A DNA stretch of 64,000 nucleotides from the human T2T-CHM13v2.0 reference genome, Homo sapiens: the NCBI RefSeq assembly GCF_009914755.1, contig NC_060940.1, one strand, 5' to 3'. Under the pieces are notes generated by a model. It searched no databases. It was not told where the DNA came from and was given only the letters and a program-made list of their open reading frames with translations. How positions within the stretch are numbered: the stretch's first letter is position 1; the number at the start of each line of letters is the position of its first letter. A program made the translations under genes and the position numbers. Of this stretch, positions 12,591 through 33,099 are shown piece by piece.

Positions 12591-14127
12591 TAACTAATGC
12601 TTATATAGCACTATAATTATAAAGACTTTTTTCCTCAAAAAATATATTTTAAAAAAGTTGGCCCTAGTCAAATCAAGAGTTCACAGGCATTTGGATATTT
12701 TCTTTCCCGATAAGCAAATGCCTTACAGTTTGACAAATACAATTAATATTTAAAATTATGGCCTTAAAGCAACTGAATATCTCAAAATGCCTTGTAAACT
12801 ACAGGCAGTTTTAGTGCTGTTAACTCCTTCGCCACCCTTACAGGCTGTGTCCAATCAGTTTCCCAGTTCTGGAAATGAGCGATGTTGTGCACAATTTCTC
12901 ATGTTAATTCTGTTCTTTCTAGTCCCACTCATGCCATTGCAATTCAGATCCTTTACCCACATACACATTTTTGCAAAATTCTGCAGGCTGACTTCGCTGA
13001 CTAGTCTCTCTCTTTTTCAGCCCAAAAAACATGATGGTCTCTGATTATTCAGTAATAAATATTGGGAGTGTCACTTGACTGCTCAAAGACCTCTAAGTAT
13101 ATCCTCTATCAATTATAATAGATTTAAACTTTTTAGCATAGCATTCAAGACCCTCAGTATCTTCATTTACGCATGCCAGTACTTGCCTATTTAAGCCTTT
13201 TATTTCATCCAATCTCAAGTACTCATCTGTTCATTTATTCAAGCATCTGCTAAATCCAAGCAATTATTAAACACCCATGTGTTCCTGTCTCTGCTGCCTA
13301 CTAGATTGCATAGGCTGTTTAACTTACCCTAAAGTTAAGTTATGGTATCATTTAAATAAAGATTGTAATCACCACCACACAAGAAAATATAACTCTAAAG
13401 ATTAAATACGCTCATGTACCTAAGGTATAAGTAGAGTTCCACCAATAATGTATACTTCTTATTGTTCTTATTACTTTAATTGAGTATAATATTTTACAGA
13501 TAACATTTGTTTAAATTTAGAACATTTTTGGCAATTCATTTATTGCAAATGAGTTAACTCCTAGAATTTTCAACTAAATAAAATAGAGCACTCACAAACA
13601 TCTTGTTTATTGTTCAATAGCACTAATTTTGATTTTGTTTATTCTTATTTCTGGTGTTCACCTTAAGTCCTACAAGGTAGCATATGGAGCCTAACAGTTG
13701 CTTCTGGGGCAGATGGACAGATCTAAAAAGGAGCTACAGGATTATAAAAATGCAGAGAAAAAGGGAGCTCGATGTTGGACCAAGAATTGGAATTACAGGG
13801 CCAAATAGTCACTGAGAGAAACAATAAGGGTGTTCTTAGTTAAGAACTGAAAGGAATTGTTAGAACAAACAGGCAATGGAAAGGCAGCAATTGTTTGGAG
13901 AAAGGCCCAAGCTGAGGATTTCTGATTCCATTGACAATATTTTGTCTAAACATGTGGGATCCTTTGAAGTTCGAACCTGTCTTTCCTTGAAGGTGCTCAA
14001 GTATCGGAGGGTACCCCAAAAGAAACGTATTTTATGCAAATGTGTGTCCAGGAGAAGTGAGAGATTGATTAGAGTAGCATTGAATTAAATAGGGAAGGTA
14101 GGTTATAGGAGACATTTTCAGCCCCAA

Positions 14128-14265
14128 CACTTCCTTCCTTCCTTTTTCCTTTCCTTCCTTTCTACATCCCCTTCTCCCTCCATTTTGGCTCTCTTCCTCT
14201 CTTTTTTCTCCTTCCCTTCCTCCCTCTCACCCTCCCTCCCTTCCTTCCTTCTTCTGTCCCTGCTT
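14128..14265. repeat. CT-rich low-complexity tract
   Basis: (CTTC)n/(CCCT)n units. Confidence 0.9.
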
Positions 14266-14294
14266 GCTTGTTTCTGCTTGTCCTTCTGGGTGCT

Positions 14295-14518
14295 GCTTGC
14301 CTTTATCAGGAGAATAATATGCACCAAGTAGCTGCAGACTCTCTAGTGCAGACCCCAAAATCAGACAGGTGCAGCCAACCTGAACTCAACCAACAGCCTG
14401 AAAGAAAGTTCCTGCCAATCTTTAGACCATGAGTAAGAAATAAGTGCATATTATTGTATGCCACAGAGATTCTTTGGTTGTTTGCTATGCAGGAAAAGCC
14501 GACACTAGAACTAATACA
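14295..14518 (+). mobile_element. MaLR LTR 3' portion, MLT1 (I/L-like)
   Basis: gagtaagaaataagtgc...gccacagagatt...ggttgtttgctatgcag...ctaataca terminal motif. Confidence 0.75.
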
Positions 14519-14986
14519 ATTTCAAACGTTCTAAATAATACTTCTTTGGAGTTAAAAAAAAAATAAAACCAGAACAAAACATATTCTGTGAACCTCAATA
14601 TCTACAATAACATACTTTATAAAAGGGAAGAAAAATGAAATAATCCAAATGTCTAGCAAGTCCTGGGTCTCTCATAGTCTTAGGGTTTCCTCTACTCATC
14701 TTTCTGGATTAAATTTTTCTGTTTAAAATACTTAACTGTGGTTAGTCTTTTCCTGGCTGACCATGACTAAGCTGATATGTACAATTTTTGCCCCCATGAA
14801 ATAGAAAGAAAAATCAATAATTAGAGAGTTTGTATAATTTAACTAGGAAAATGTGAGAGAGTTAGAGGGACTGCAGTCTGCTCATTCTGCTTTTTTATTT
14901 TTTTTCTTCAAACTTGTACAGTGTCGTTTTAATCTTTGGAAAACTCGGTACCGTAACACAAGAGTGGTTACCTCACTCTTAACCAG

Positions 14987-15482
14987 CTTCTTTCTCTTAC
15001 TTCCGCCCTCCCTTCCTCCCTTCATCCCTTCCTCCCCCTCCCTCCCTGCCCTCCCTCCCTCCCTCCCTTCCTTCCTTCTCTTTCTCTTTCTTTCTCTTTC
15101 TCTTTGTTCCTTTTTCTTTTCTTTTCTCATCTTTTATTTCTTTTCTTCTCTTTCTTTCTCCCTCCCTTCCCCTCCCCTTCTCTCCCCTCCTCTCCTTCTC
15201 CCTTCCCTGTCCTTCCATCCCCTCCCCTCCCCTTTTTTATTCTCTTCTCCTTTCCCTTCCCTTCCCTCCCCTCCCCTCCCTTCCCCTCCCCTTCCCTTTC
15301 TTTCCTTTTCCTTCTCTTCCCTTCCCCCTTTCCTTTCCTTGTTCTTTTTTCCTTCCCTTTCCTTTTTCCCCTTCCATTTTCTCCCCTTCTCTCCCCTCCT
15401 CTCCTTTCCCTTCCTTCCCCTGCCATCCCCTCCCCTCCCTTCTTCTCCCCTTCCCTTCACTTCCCTTCCTCTTCTCCTTCCT
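14987..15482. repeat. ~490-bp polypyrimidine/polypurine tract
   Basis: Almost only C/T on + strand, CCCT/CCTT/CTTT/CCCTT units; source of the ORFs at 14853-15512. Confidence 0.97.
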
Positions 15483-16171
15483 TTTGATTTACACTTTTCT
15501 GATTATCAGTGATATTGAACACTTTTCATATATTTCTTTCCAATTGATACATCTTCTTTTGAGAAATGTCTATTCAGATATTTTGCCCATTTTTAATCAG
15601 ATTATTAGATTTTTTTCCTATTGAGTTGTTTGAAATCCTGTATTGTTTATTAATCCCTTGTCAGATTAATAGTTTGAAAATTTTTTTTACATTCTGTGGG
15701 TTGTGCCTTCACTTTGTTGATTGTTTTCTTTGCTATTTAGAAGCTTTCAAATTTGATGTGATCTCATTTGCCAGTTTTTGCTTTGATTGCCTGTATTTGT
15801 GGGGTAGTACTCAAGAGATCTTTGCCCAGTTCTATGTCCTGTAGAGTTTCCTCAATGTTTTCTTTAAGTAGTTTCATAGTTTGAAGACTTAAATTTAAGT
15901 ATTTAATACATTTTTATTTAAATGTTGCATATGAAGAGAGATAGGAATCTAGTTTCATTCTTCTGTATATGGATATCCAGTTTTGCCATCACCATTTATT
16001 GAAGAGGCTACCTTTTCCGTAATATGTGTTCTTCGCAACTTTGTTAAAAATAAGTTTACTGTAGATGTATGGATTTATTTATAGGTTCTCTATTCTGTTT
16101 CATTTGTCTATGTGTCTGTTTTTATGCCAGTACCATGCTGTTTTGGTTACTGTAGCTCTGTGGTATAATTT
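15483..16171 (-). mobile_element. Old L1 (L1MA1-3-like), ORF2 3' region; left part of the host element
   Basis: Antisense ORF2: tcttcttttgagaaatgtctattcag, ttttaatcagattattagattttt, tttttatgccagtaccatgctgttttggttac; resumes at 19330 after the nested L1PA. Confidence 0.9.
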
Positions 16172-16383
16172 TTTGTATTATTATACTTTAAGTTCTAGGG
16201 TACATGTGCACAACGTGCAGGTTTGTTAAATATGTATATATGTGCCATGTTGGTGTGCTGCACCCATTAACTCCTCATTTACATTAGGTATATCTCCTAA
16301 TGCTATCCTTACCCCCTCTCCCAACCCCACGACAGGCCCCGGTGTGTGATGTTCCACTTCCTGTGTCCAAGTGTTCTCATTGT

Positions 16384-19311
<2,928 letters not shown>

Positions 19312-19329
19312 AGCTCTGTGGTATAATTT

Positions 19330-23552
<4,223 letters not shown>

Positions 23553-23641
23553 TTACAATTTCAAATGATATTAAAATTGCCTTCAAGATTTTTAAAATTA
23601 AAAGATCCTTAGGTTAACTTACCATATTTCTACTTAGTTTT

Positions 23642-24098
23642 TGTAGGAGTTCAAGTCTACTTGGACACAAACTCTGAGACAGAGATTAGTATACAGAACA
23701 TTTTAGGGAGTGCTTTCTCATTTCCCTACAAATGTGAGAGTAAGGTAACGAGGATTGGGCAAAGCAAGAATTTGAATGGCAATGCCAAGTTACAAAAGGC
23801 TTCAATGTATCCTATGGGAAGCTCTGGAGCTGGGGTGGCCTTGTAGAATTATCCTGAATTGGGGCAAAGGGAGCAAAGCCTTTATCCACTGCATCAAGGA
23901 TGCAGGATGATCCCAGGAAAGAAGCATGACTTTGAGAAGATGTCATGAACTTGGGTGATTCTTCTTTCCTCAGCTGGGAGGAGTCTTCAGAGGAGACCGA
24001 ACTACAAGACTTCAGTCAGCAACACTGTCATCAGCTGATAGAATGCGTGCTCTCCTGATGAGGGGAAGATTGGGCTAAGCATCAGAGCACCCAATGCA
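23642..24098 (-). mobile_element. ERVL LTR, LTR16A-like
   Basis: actctgagacagagattag...ggattgggca...gggaagctctggagctggggtggcc...gcctttat. Confidence 0.75.
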
Positions 24099-25034
24099 CT
24101 TCCAAAATATTTCTAGATTTGCACAACAAGAAGAGATTGTTCTGGAATATGCAAGTGGCAGAACTAATGCTGTATCTTAAAGAAAGTAAAGAAAGAAAGA
24201 ATCATGCATCAACTTTTAATATTTGCAGACTTACCAATATCAGGGCTAGAAAACTGTTTACATCTTAGAATGTCAAAGAATTTCAGTTAGTTAATTATGC
24301 TGCAGGTGGGCAGATGTATCTAGGAGTAGATATTTGCAGATGCAAATTGAGAATTTTGCATGTGTAAAGGTAAATAGCTAAAATGATTATTAAAGCACGG
24401 TGGAAAATAAAATGATATATAAAATGCAAATGTGTAGTGACAAACACATGGAGGCAATTTGCTTGTGAACTTTGACCTCTACTAGTCGAATGTCTCTTTT
24501 TCCTTCTTTGCTCTGTTATTTGCCATAATGAGGCAGAGTTTCAGAGTGCAGCCTCCCTGCCCTGCAAATGACATTCACTTGCCCAGGTCTCAAGGTCAGC
24601 ATTTTATAAATTACCACTTCAAAGCAGGAGTCACCATCTGTATGCAATAGAACTGAGGTGTCATGTGATAGCAACCCTACCATTTTCTTATTGTCCCATT
24701 TCAGATTTCATTAAACAAGTCTGATTTACTTTGTAGGGGCAAAGGCTTTATTAAAGAAAAAAATGAATTATTCAGAAATTTTGGTTTTTTACTATTTCTT
24801 TTATCTGCTCATGATCTTTGACTATCTAGAACCTGATACATTAATCCTGGATGCAACTTCATTACTTCAAAGACCCATGCAAATGTATCATCCACTGTGT
24901 TTTAACTTTGCACACTAATTCTTTCAACCATGTCTCCACATATTTCTGAACATAAAATCAACCTACTCCTAAGCCACTTCCTACCACTATCACACCTTTA
25001 TTGAATGTCCTTGCCTTCTTTCCTTTAAGCAATG

Positions 25035-25400
25035 CCATTCATCCATTCATTCATTCATTCATTTTTAAATTACGTGTATACATACCTTATCCCTGGCAAT
25101 ATATTGGGCATTAGAATCATAGAAATGAATAAAATATGACTCTTAAGTTTAGTGGGAGGCATACCTCTGTATCAACTAAAAAGATATCTAAACTGGTTTT
25201 GGAGTTTGTGTAGGAGTATGTCTAATATATGACTAAGAGCATGTATTCCATTAGAGGAAGAGACATTTACAAAGGCTTCATGGTATTAAAAATATGGCAA
25301 CTTCAGAGAACTCTAAAAGTTTTCTAATGACAACAGCACAGAGTGCAAGTCAGGGCAGGAGATGAGGATGAAAAGGTAGGCAAGTGCCATCTCATGGCAT
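25035..25400 (-). mobile_element. L2 3' region
   Basis: (cattcatt)n tail, tattgggcattag...atgaataaaata...tttagtgggaggca. Confidence 0.65.
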
Positions 25401-26874
25401 CTTTACTGAAGCAATTCTACTTGCTTTAAGTCCCCATTTGAATATATGGAAATGTCAGTTCACATTAATTTCTCATCTCTGTATTTTCTTACAGAATCCA
25501 TTATAAAAACTTTATATTAAAAAGTCATAGTGTAATCAAATTACATATGTATGTTATTTTCTTTGTAGGTAATGTGTGTTATCTGTTTTCCAAAGAGAAA
25601 AAGATAAAATATGATCCTTTTCTTTTCTTGTCAACTAAGTGAAAGTATCTCAATTCAAAACCTTTAACCACCTAATTCACTCATTGAAAGGCTTGATTTG
25701 AGCTTGATATAGAGGCAACTCCTCAGATTGAAGGAGACTCAAAGCCAGCCCTGTTTAAGTTGTTCATTGCAAGTGATTGATGTGTGACTGAACATCAGAG
25801 AGTGAAATTAGAGAGCATGGGCTCCACAGGAAAAACACCTATCAGTAGAAGCTCGTACTGCATCTTAAAATGCTATTTTGAACGATCTGTCTCTTAAGGC
25901 GGAATGTTGGGTACACAGAAGAGAGTCTGAGTCTCTTTAAGGGCATTTGGATCTGGAGCATAATACAAGGCTCTTCAAAATTGGCCTTCCTGCTTGGTGC
26001 TACAGGCACAATAAATGTCCTTCAAAACACCCAATCTGTTATTCTAAGTTGGCTTGAATTACATTGAAAACCAGTTTTCTGAAGAGCAAAACAGCCAAGA
26101 TGAAAGCTGTTGAGAGACACAATTCCATGGATTCTGCAAACTGCCCACTTATAGATCCAACATGTTGCTGTTCTCATGATTCCACTTAACACATTTTTGT
26201 TGCTCTGCTCAAATGCACTCTTCTTAAGGATAGAAAGAATGCTTTATTTTTGTCACATAAATTTTCCCATGGCAAAAGCTGAAGATTTTTTCCCCTTCAC
26301 AATATTTTTCCCCTTTACAAATTAAATAGGAAGAAATTTGCAGTTTTTAAGCTCAGTAGTTGGAAAGTCTATAGAGAAATATTATTGAATTCATGTTTCT
26401 GGTCTCATAACAGAGTTGAAACAGAGCTAAATTATCAGTAGATTGACCATTCATTTACAGATGATAACACTGAAGTTCATAAAGTAAAATAATTTGCCTG
26501 AAGTCACTTGGCTCATATATTAGTCATTACTTAAACTTCATGCTGGTATTGTGTTTTTGTTTGTGTGTTTGACTGTGGGTAATTATGTCTGTATGCCCAC
26601 TACATATAATTATTCTTTGTATTTTCAATTCATGCCAATTTCTAGAAAAATATTCTCTTGAATTGATCTGATGTTTAAGATGTACAAAATTATTCTTAGA
26701 TGGAATTGAAGATTTTATTTAAAAAGGCCATATTCTGAACCAAAATTGTGGATTGCACAGTCTTCCCATTGGCGTGAGGCTTTACAGGAATTATCTCAAT
26801 CTTTGCTCCCAATAACTCTACCAACCACAGAAAGTTAGTTTTAACCTCTTTTTTTTTTTTTTTTTTTTATCTTT

Positions 26875-26990
26875 GTTGCTAATAAGGAAACTATGGCTTA
26901 GAGAGTTTAAGTAAGTTACCCAAAGCTACAGTTCTGGCATGCAGTACAGACAGTTTGAAACGCTGACCTCTGTTTTAAACCATAGATCTT
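26875..26990 (-). mobile_element. MIR fragment
   Basis: aataaggaaactatggcttagagagtttaagtaagttacccaaag. Confidence 0.7.
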
Positions 26991-27339
26991 CCACATAGTA
27001 AAACCAATTATAGTATAATCATCAGTTATTATCCTATAGTATAACCAATTACTGATTATAGTAACCAATAGGAACAACACAGTGTGGAGGCGCCATAATT
27101 AAGGAGGCTGTGGGATTGTACATGAAAGTCAAATTGACCAAGCCTGGGATCCCAGGCAGGCTTGCTAGAGGAGAGGGTGCCCAAGCAACCAAAAGAAGAA
27201 TTTTTTTTGCTTTGTTTTGTTTTTGGAGAGAGGTGTGTGCAAGGATATAGAGAAGCAAGTGAAAAAAAGTGAATTTCAGGAATTTAAAACTAATCCTTAT
27301 GGTAAGAGTAAAGTTTGTGGGAAATTCATAGAAGTGTAG

Positions 27340-27510
27340 CAAAAAATGAAATGAAAGGCAGGTAGAGGCCAGACTATGAAGAGCTGTGTGATTCTTATTT
27401 TATTCCAAAGTCTATGAAAGTTATTGAATAACTTTATACAGGTATGTTGCCTCTTCCTGTGTTTTAGGAAGATCATACTAGCAGCAGCGTAGAAGGTAGA
27501 ATGGGGGCAT
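27340..27510 (-). mobile_element. L2 fragment
   Basis: gaggccagactatgaagagc...gtgttttaggaagatcatactagcagcag. Confidence 0.65.
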
Positions 27511-29297
27511 AAGGATGAACATAATCATTATAAATAATCACCACACAGCAGGGCTTGTCAGCTCTGCTTGTGGGGAATGAGGTGGAGAACTGCTGAAAGT
27601 CCTAAGTTCAGATCAGCTTGTAGAATCCCTGAGCCACAGGGTGTCCTGGTATCTTGAGAAAATCATTTCAGCCAGAACTGTGGTGCCATCGTCCATTTAT
27701 TTTACATTTTTTAGACATTCCCAGGAGACTGTCTTAACACGAGGGAAATCTGACTCAACGCAAAATATACCGTCAATTTATTTTTCACTTGGGTTTATAA
27801 GAAATTGGGTTAGTTATCAACATGCCATGTATTGCAATTTGAATTTGAACAATAAATAGATTTTCTTTTAATGTTACTTATCTCTGCAATGGAATGTATC
27901 AAATTTCAAATAAATAATATTTTGTTGCAGTTTCTCTCTTTGGCAGTGTTGTGGTCTATATATTTTTCGTCACTATAATTAGTCTTTCATCTTAAACAGA
28001 GTGATAATTCATTGCATGACATTCAGTCAGAAGTTTTGTTGTTGTTGATAAGGCAAAGCTTATCATTAGGAAAAAGGAGGAAAAGTCTAATTTGCTAGAA
28101 GAGAACAGAGTATAAAAATAATATTATCCATTCAGTTGGATTGAAATCTCGGCAGCTGCTCTTCAAAAATGTTGCTGACATGGTTTATATTATATTAAAA
28201 TTCAGAATTACTGCATTTTCATCAGTTTCTCTGTCTACATCTGGCATATCATGTTGTCAGCGTCTTGGGATTTACAAGCCAATGTACATTGTAAGAATGT
28301 TCCTTTAAATGGACATTTTTATAAGCATGTTTTCTAGTTGATATGCTATGGTATTTTAAAGTGTAAACATATGTTATGAAAGTCAGAATGCTTTAAAATG
28401 TAAGTGAAATGCATGAGTTGGGTTTTCTTAGCTCAATTTTCATAAGGTTTGCTTAAAAGCAAAATAGTTCCTCTGGGATGATTTTAAAATGTCTTTTAAT
28501 TTTCAAAGACATTGATTATTTCAATGGGGAAAATTGTTAAAACATAAACTTTGAATAATGGATGCATCCAAAAAGCTAAATTATTCTAAAATGGGTGTAA
28601 AAAATTTCCGACACTCAGAAAAATGCTATCATACAAAACATTTGCCATCTACAATACTATAATAATATATAGTGTCATTTTCATAGAATTAGTAGCCTCA
28701 CACATTAAATGGAGAAACTGCTACTAATAACATAATAAACACAGTTTGGAGAATGTTGGATTTTAATGTATTGTTAGTATGTATTTTCTGTGGATAATTT
28801 GGAGTTCTTTGGAAACTATAATCAATTCTAAGAACTTGACAATTTCATAAGGCTTTCGATAATGTTAAAATATGTATACTTACACGTGGATCCTGCAGAT
28901 ATTTATAAGCACTTATGTGGTTATGATGATAAAGCTAAATTAGCATATTCATCTCGACTTTAGAGGATCCTTAAAAATTGGATTTGAGGCTAAATAAAGT
29001 GAATTTCTTTGTAGATTGAAAATGCTGGAAGGAACTTGAATTGTACCTGAAGAGCATGGCAGATGAAATTTTGGATTTGAAAATAGTGGTGTTGACTTTT
29101 CATAATGTCCATTTAGAATGCATATATGAAAGATCTAGAAACACTGCAGAACTGCTTACCATTTCCTGTAAAAGGGAAGTGCATAGTGGACACAGCCAGA
29201 ATGCATGGAGCCCAGACTCTAACAAAACACCTGATGCTTGCACCTGATACTCTGATGCTTGTACTCTGTCCCAAAGCTGGCTGCCTCCTATCTTAAA

Positions 29298-29335
29298 CAC
29301 GCACACACACACATACACACACACACACACACACA
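29298..29335. repeat. (CA)n microsatellite, interrupted
   Basis: Read directly. Confidence 0.93.
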
Positions 29336-30527
29336 TTATTGGCTCTTCTTTGCACAGTTGCCTAAGGATATGACATTAAATTGGGCTCTTTATTATATAC
29401 ACCAACAACTGCCTAATCTCTCGTTATGACTTCAGAAAGAAGCCATTAATATTTCTACCACCAATAAGCAAAGCTACAGGTGAACTAGAAAAGCCAAGTG
29501 CACCATTCCAATAGCTCAGTGTCCATTTTCAGCATGAATACAAATGGCTTTGTGAAATCAAGATGTTGATGGAAACTTTGCTAAAGCTGAGATTTTTTTC
29601 CACCCTCAGAGAGACTGTAATAATTGCATTTCAATAGAATTGATGTCATTAATTTCTAATTATTACTTTCTTTAGTTGGAAAATATGCATGTGAAAGTTC
29701 TGGCCAAAGTGCACTCTCAGGAGGAAAATTACAACACTTCGTAATCAATAACAACTGGGCTTTTGGAATCTCTCCTTGGTTTTCATTAGCTGGAAGGAGA
29801 GCACATTTAAAGGAATGCTAACAAGTATTGATGTTTAAATTTGATTTATCAATGCTATTTAAATGTATATCTGCACTGTGCTGAGTTTATTTTTCTACAT
29901 TAAAGATTATTCAGTGATATCTCCTGGGGTAAGACAACTTCTAAACAAGATAAAGCACCCTGTGAATTAATTTATTTCAGAAAAACAAGGAAATGTAATT
30001 TGTGTCTTCTTTTCATTAAATTATCCTTTAGTATATTGATTTAACAGGAACAAAAAACTTATTTGGCTAAGGAAACAAAACACAGACACAGCACTCTGTC
30101 GCTTTGGTGACTCCTTTTTCTACTGAGGAAAGAATGCATGTGTGTGGGTGTGTACATATGTGTTGTGTTGTGAATGTGTGTTTGTGTGTGGTTCTCTGTG
30201 TTTATCATATTACAGGTGCTGTTTTATAAGAGAAAAACACTGCTCAGTTCCATTCAGAAACAGACAAAAGAAGCACAGTCAGTTAATACTTGCTACCTGG
30301 CCCCTTGCATTTTGATTGTACTCTGCATAAATGATAAAATTATTGTGATTACATCATGAAATCAAATAATAAGAATTGACTAACCATTGGCAAGTCAGGG
30401 TGTACAAACACCCTGTGAGACCACCTGGTTCCCTAAATAACAGCAATTTTTCCAACCCTTTAAATCAACAACTAACCTTGATAAGAGAGAATTTTAAAAC
30501 CAAGACAAGTTTAACATATATTGGAAT

Positions 30528-30530
<3 letters not shown>

Positions 30531-30569
<39 letters not shown>
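30531..30569. repeat. (TG)19 microsatellite
   Basis: Read directly. Confidence 0.97.
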
Positions 30570-30571
<2 letters not shown>

Positions 30572-31181
30572 AGACTTTATTAATCTGTTAATTTTATCTG
30601 TACCAAAAAGATGTAAATTACTATTTACTCAGGAAATGTTTAGTCTTGTGAACCTGAATAGGTGAACCGTTATTAAATTTAGTCTCTTAAGAGCACTTAC
30701 GTCCTGATGGTAGCACAGAGACTGAGTCTGTATAAACTATTATTACATGTGAAAAAAACTAACTTCTGTAATTAACTTGCAATATTATACATAAGGCTCC
30801 AGTTACAGTAAAATCCAATTTTCCATAGTATACACACTAGGCAGCTTTACTGAATATTAGATTTTAATGAGATTTATGACCTTACTCATAATTTATTTTT
30901 TTAAGTTGGAAACGTTTTGGTTAAAGTTCAATGCAGTATCTTGAAAAAAAAATCTATACCAAGCTTTTCTTAAAGACATTTTAGAATGAATTCTGAAAAC
31001 AAGAAGGGGCTTATTTGATTCTCAGAATATCTCATTGAAACTATTCTTGCTTTAACATGGAAGAATTCCCTGTTGACAATAAGGAAGTGTTCCATGCTTG
31101 TCCTTGGCTGAAGAATGATAGTTTATGACTCTTTTCCTCTCATTGGTTATCTAGCAGCTTTAATTCATGGCACTCTCTAGT

Positions 31182-31341
31182 CCAGCAAGCCTCAAATTTG
31201 CATGTGCTTAAAAATCACTTGGGAATCTTGTCAAAATCCAGATTCTAATTCAGTAGGTCTGGGGTGGGACTCTCAAATCTGAATTTCCCATAAATGAGGC
31301 TGATGCTGCTGGTTGGAAGACCACATTTGGAGTAACAAGTG
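31182..31341. mobile_element. MER5-family hAT-Charlie element
   Basis: aatcacttgggaatcttgtcaaaat...agattctaattcagtaggtctggggtggga...gctgatgctgctgg...accacatttggagtaacaag. Confidence 0.8.
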
Positions 31342-31427
31342 TCTAGTACATACTAAAGATGATTCATGTTCTTCTCATTTTTCAAATGAAGAAAATGAGG
31401 CTCAAGGAGATACATAATATCTTTCTG

Positions 31428-31584
31428 TATGTGATTCTTCACCATGGCTATTTATTAGAATCACCTGAAGAGTGTTTGAAACGTAAGAGACTGAGGCCTC
31501 ACTCTAGACTGGTAAAACCAGAATCCCTGGGGAAATCTGTGATTTTTATAACTTCTCCGATGCAGTGAGGGTTAAGGATCACTG
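31428..31584. mobile_element. MER5A inserted in a MIR (MIR pieces ~31370-31412 and ~31588-31615, - strand)
   Basis: ttagaatcacctgaagag...accagaatccctgggg...gggttaaggatcactg; flanked by ttttcaaatgaagaaaatgaggctca and ggtctcacagccagttagtg. Confidence 0.7.
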
Positions 31585-31744
31585 CATAGGTCTCACAGCC
31601 AGTTAGTGAAAAGACCTAGTTTAATGGTAGACTGACTGATTGGCAGCCTAACTGATTGATTCATGATTGATTTCTGCTTACACTCAGCATATATTTGCTG
31701 AATTATGCCCCAGATGCCTTTGAGTGCCTTTAACATACAGAGTC

Positions 31745-32005
31745 CTCATTCTTTAGGTCTCAGTAAATGTTACCTTTTCAGGAAGGTCTTCCTTAATCAT
31801 AATATCTAAAATGGCTATTCCTCTCTTATTAGGTCATCACATCATTCTGTTCTATGTCTTTTAAAATAATGTGTTATCATTATGTAAAATTATATATACA
31901 CACACTCGCACACACACATAAGTTTCTGTATTAGAAAGCAGAGATGCTTTGTCCCTGTTCACTTTCATATCTCGTACTTAATAAGCTCAGAGTCAATATT
32001 TCTTT
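31745..32005 (+). mobile_element. L2 3' fragment
   Basis: tctttaggtctcagtaaatgttaccttttcaggaaggtcttcc...gcagagatgctttgtccctgttcac. Confidence 0.65.
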
Positions 32006-32639
32006 AACAAACTACATTTAAAAGGAAGCAATACAGTTAACCAGCTGCAAGTATGAGTTTTAAAAAGAAAAAAATTGTGTTTCTTTGGACATTTTCCTTA
32101 TATCCCACTAGCTTTACTTTCCACATTTGTAAATAGCATCTACCTCATACAATTTTTGCAATATTAAAAGAAAGGATTTGTGCATAGTGTTTAAGCCTGT
32201 GCCTGACATCTGGAAAACATTCAGTAAACAATACTATTGTAATCTTAATTAATGACCACAAAATTTCTGTACATTTCATATTGTAATCCTCATTTAACAA
32301 CTGGGAAAATACATCCATTAAAAAGAGATCATTTGCTCAAGATCACAAATACAACTTTTGAGGTCTGACCTCAAAGCTAAGCCTAAAAGCTCATATGTGC
32401 AAAACTCTGTGCAAGACCCTTCTACTCATGTTTTCTGGTTACAACCTCACATCAAATGAGTCACCTTTTGACTTCTAATCCAGTGTTCTTTTGACTATAC
32501 CACTGTGTTGTTTGATTGGCAGCAGAGAATGTTGCTCTTCTCCAGGTACACTAATGAGTGGATTCATCAGCTGATGTCCAATTCCAAGACCCATTGATGA
32601 AACCAAGGTTTTTATGTGAGGCAAAGGTCTGAGCTACAA

Positions 32640-32805
32640 TACATCTAGCTACTGCCATGTATCAAGCACCCATCAATCCTCAATTAACGCCTGTGATATA
32701 AGTACAATCATTCTCAATTTATAAATGAAGATATTAGATGTCAGACAAGGGAAGTGAATTAGCCAGGCTATTATAGCCAGTAAGACCAGAGGTAGGATTG
32801 AAACT
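32640..32805 (-). mobile_element. MIR
   Basis: tcaattttataaatgaaga...aagtgaattagcca...cagtaagaccagaggtaggattgaaac. Confidence 0.65.
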
Positions 32806-33099
32806 GTAGGCTGTGAGTAATAAAAAAAATGTTTGGTGTCAGGATGGAATGATTACACTTCATAGATGGCAAGAGTCTGCTCTTTGTGAGATGGAAAACA
32901 TATGGAAATCACTTATTTTTTTTTTTTGTCATTACTTTGGAGTCCTCCCAATTTTTGTAGAGAAACTTACCATGCAATAAAAACCTCATAAAATGTGATA
33001 CTCTCCTAAACAGAAAGCAACGGGGATCCAGTAAAGGAGTTGAAATGCATTCAACATTGTGTATTTGTGTGTGTGTGTGCATGCACGTGTGCACTTAAA

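Noticed and set aside
14853-15512. 219-aa Pro/Ser/Leu/Phe-rich ORF and antisense Gly/Arg/Glu-rich ORFs
   Set aside because: Stop-free translation of the polypyrimidine tract
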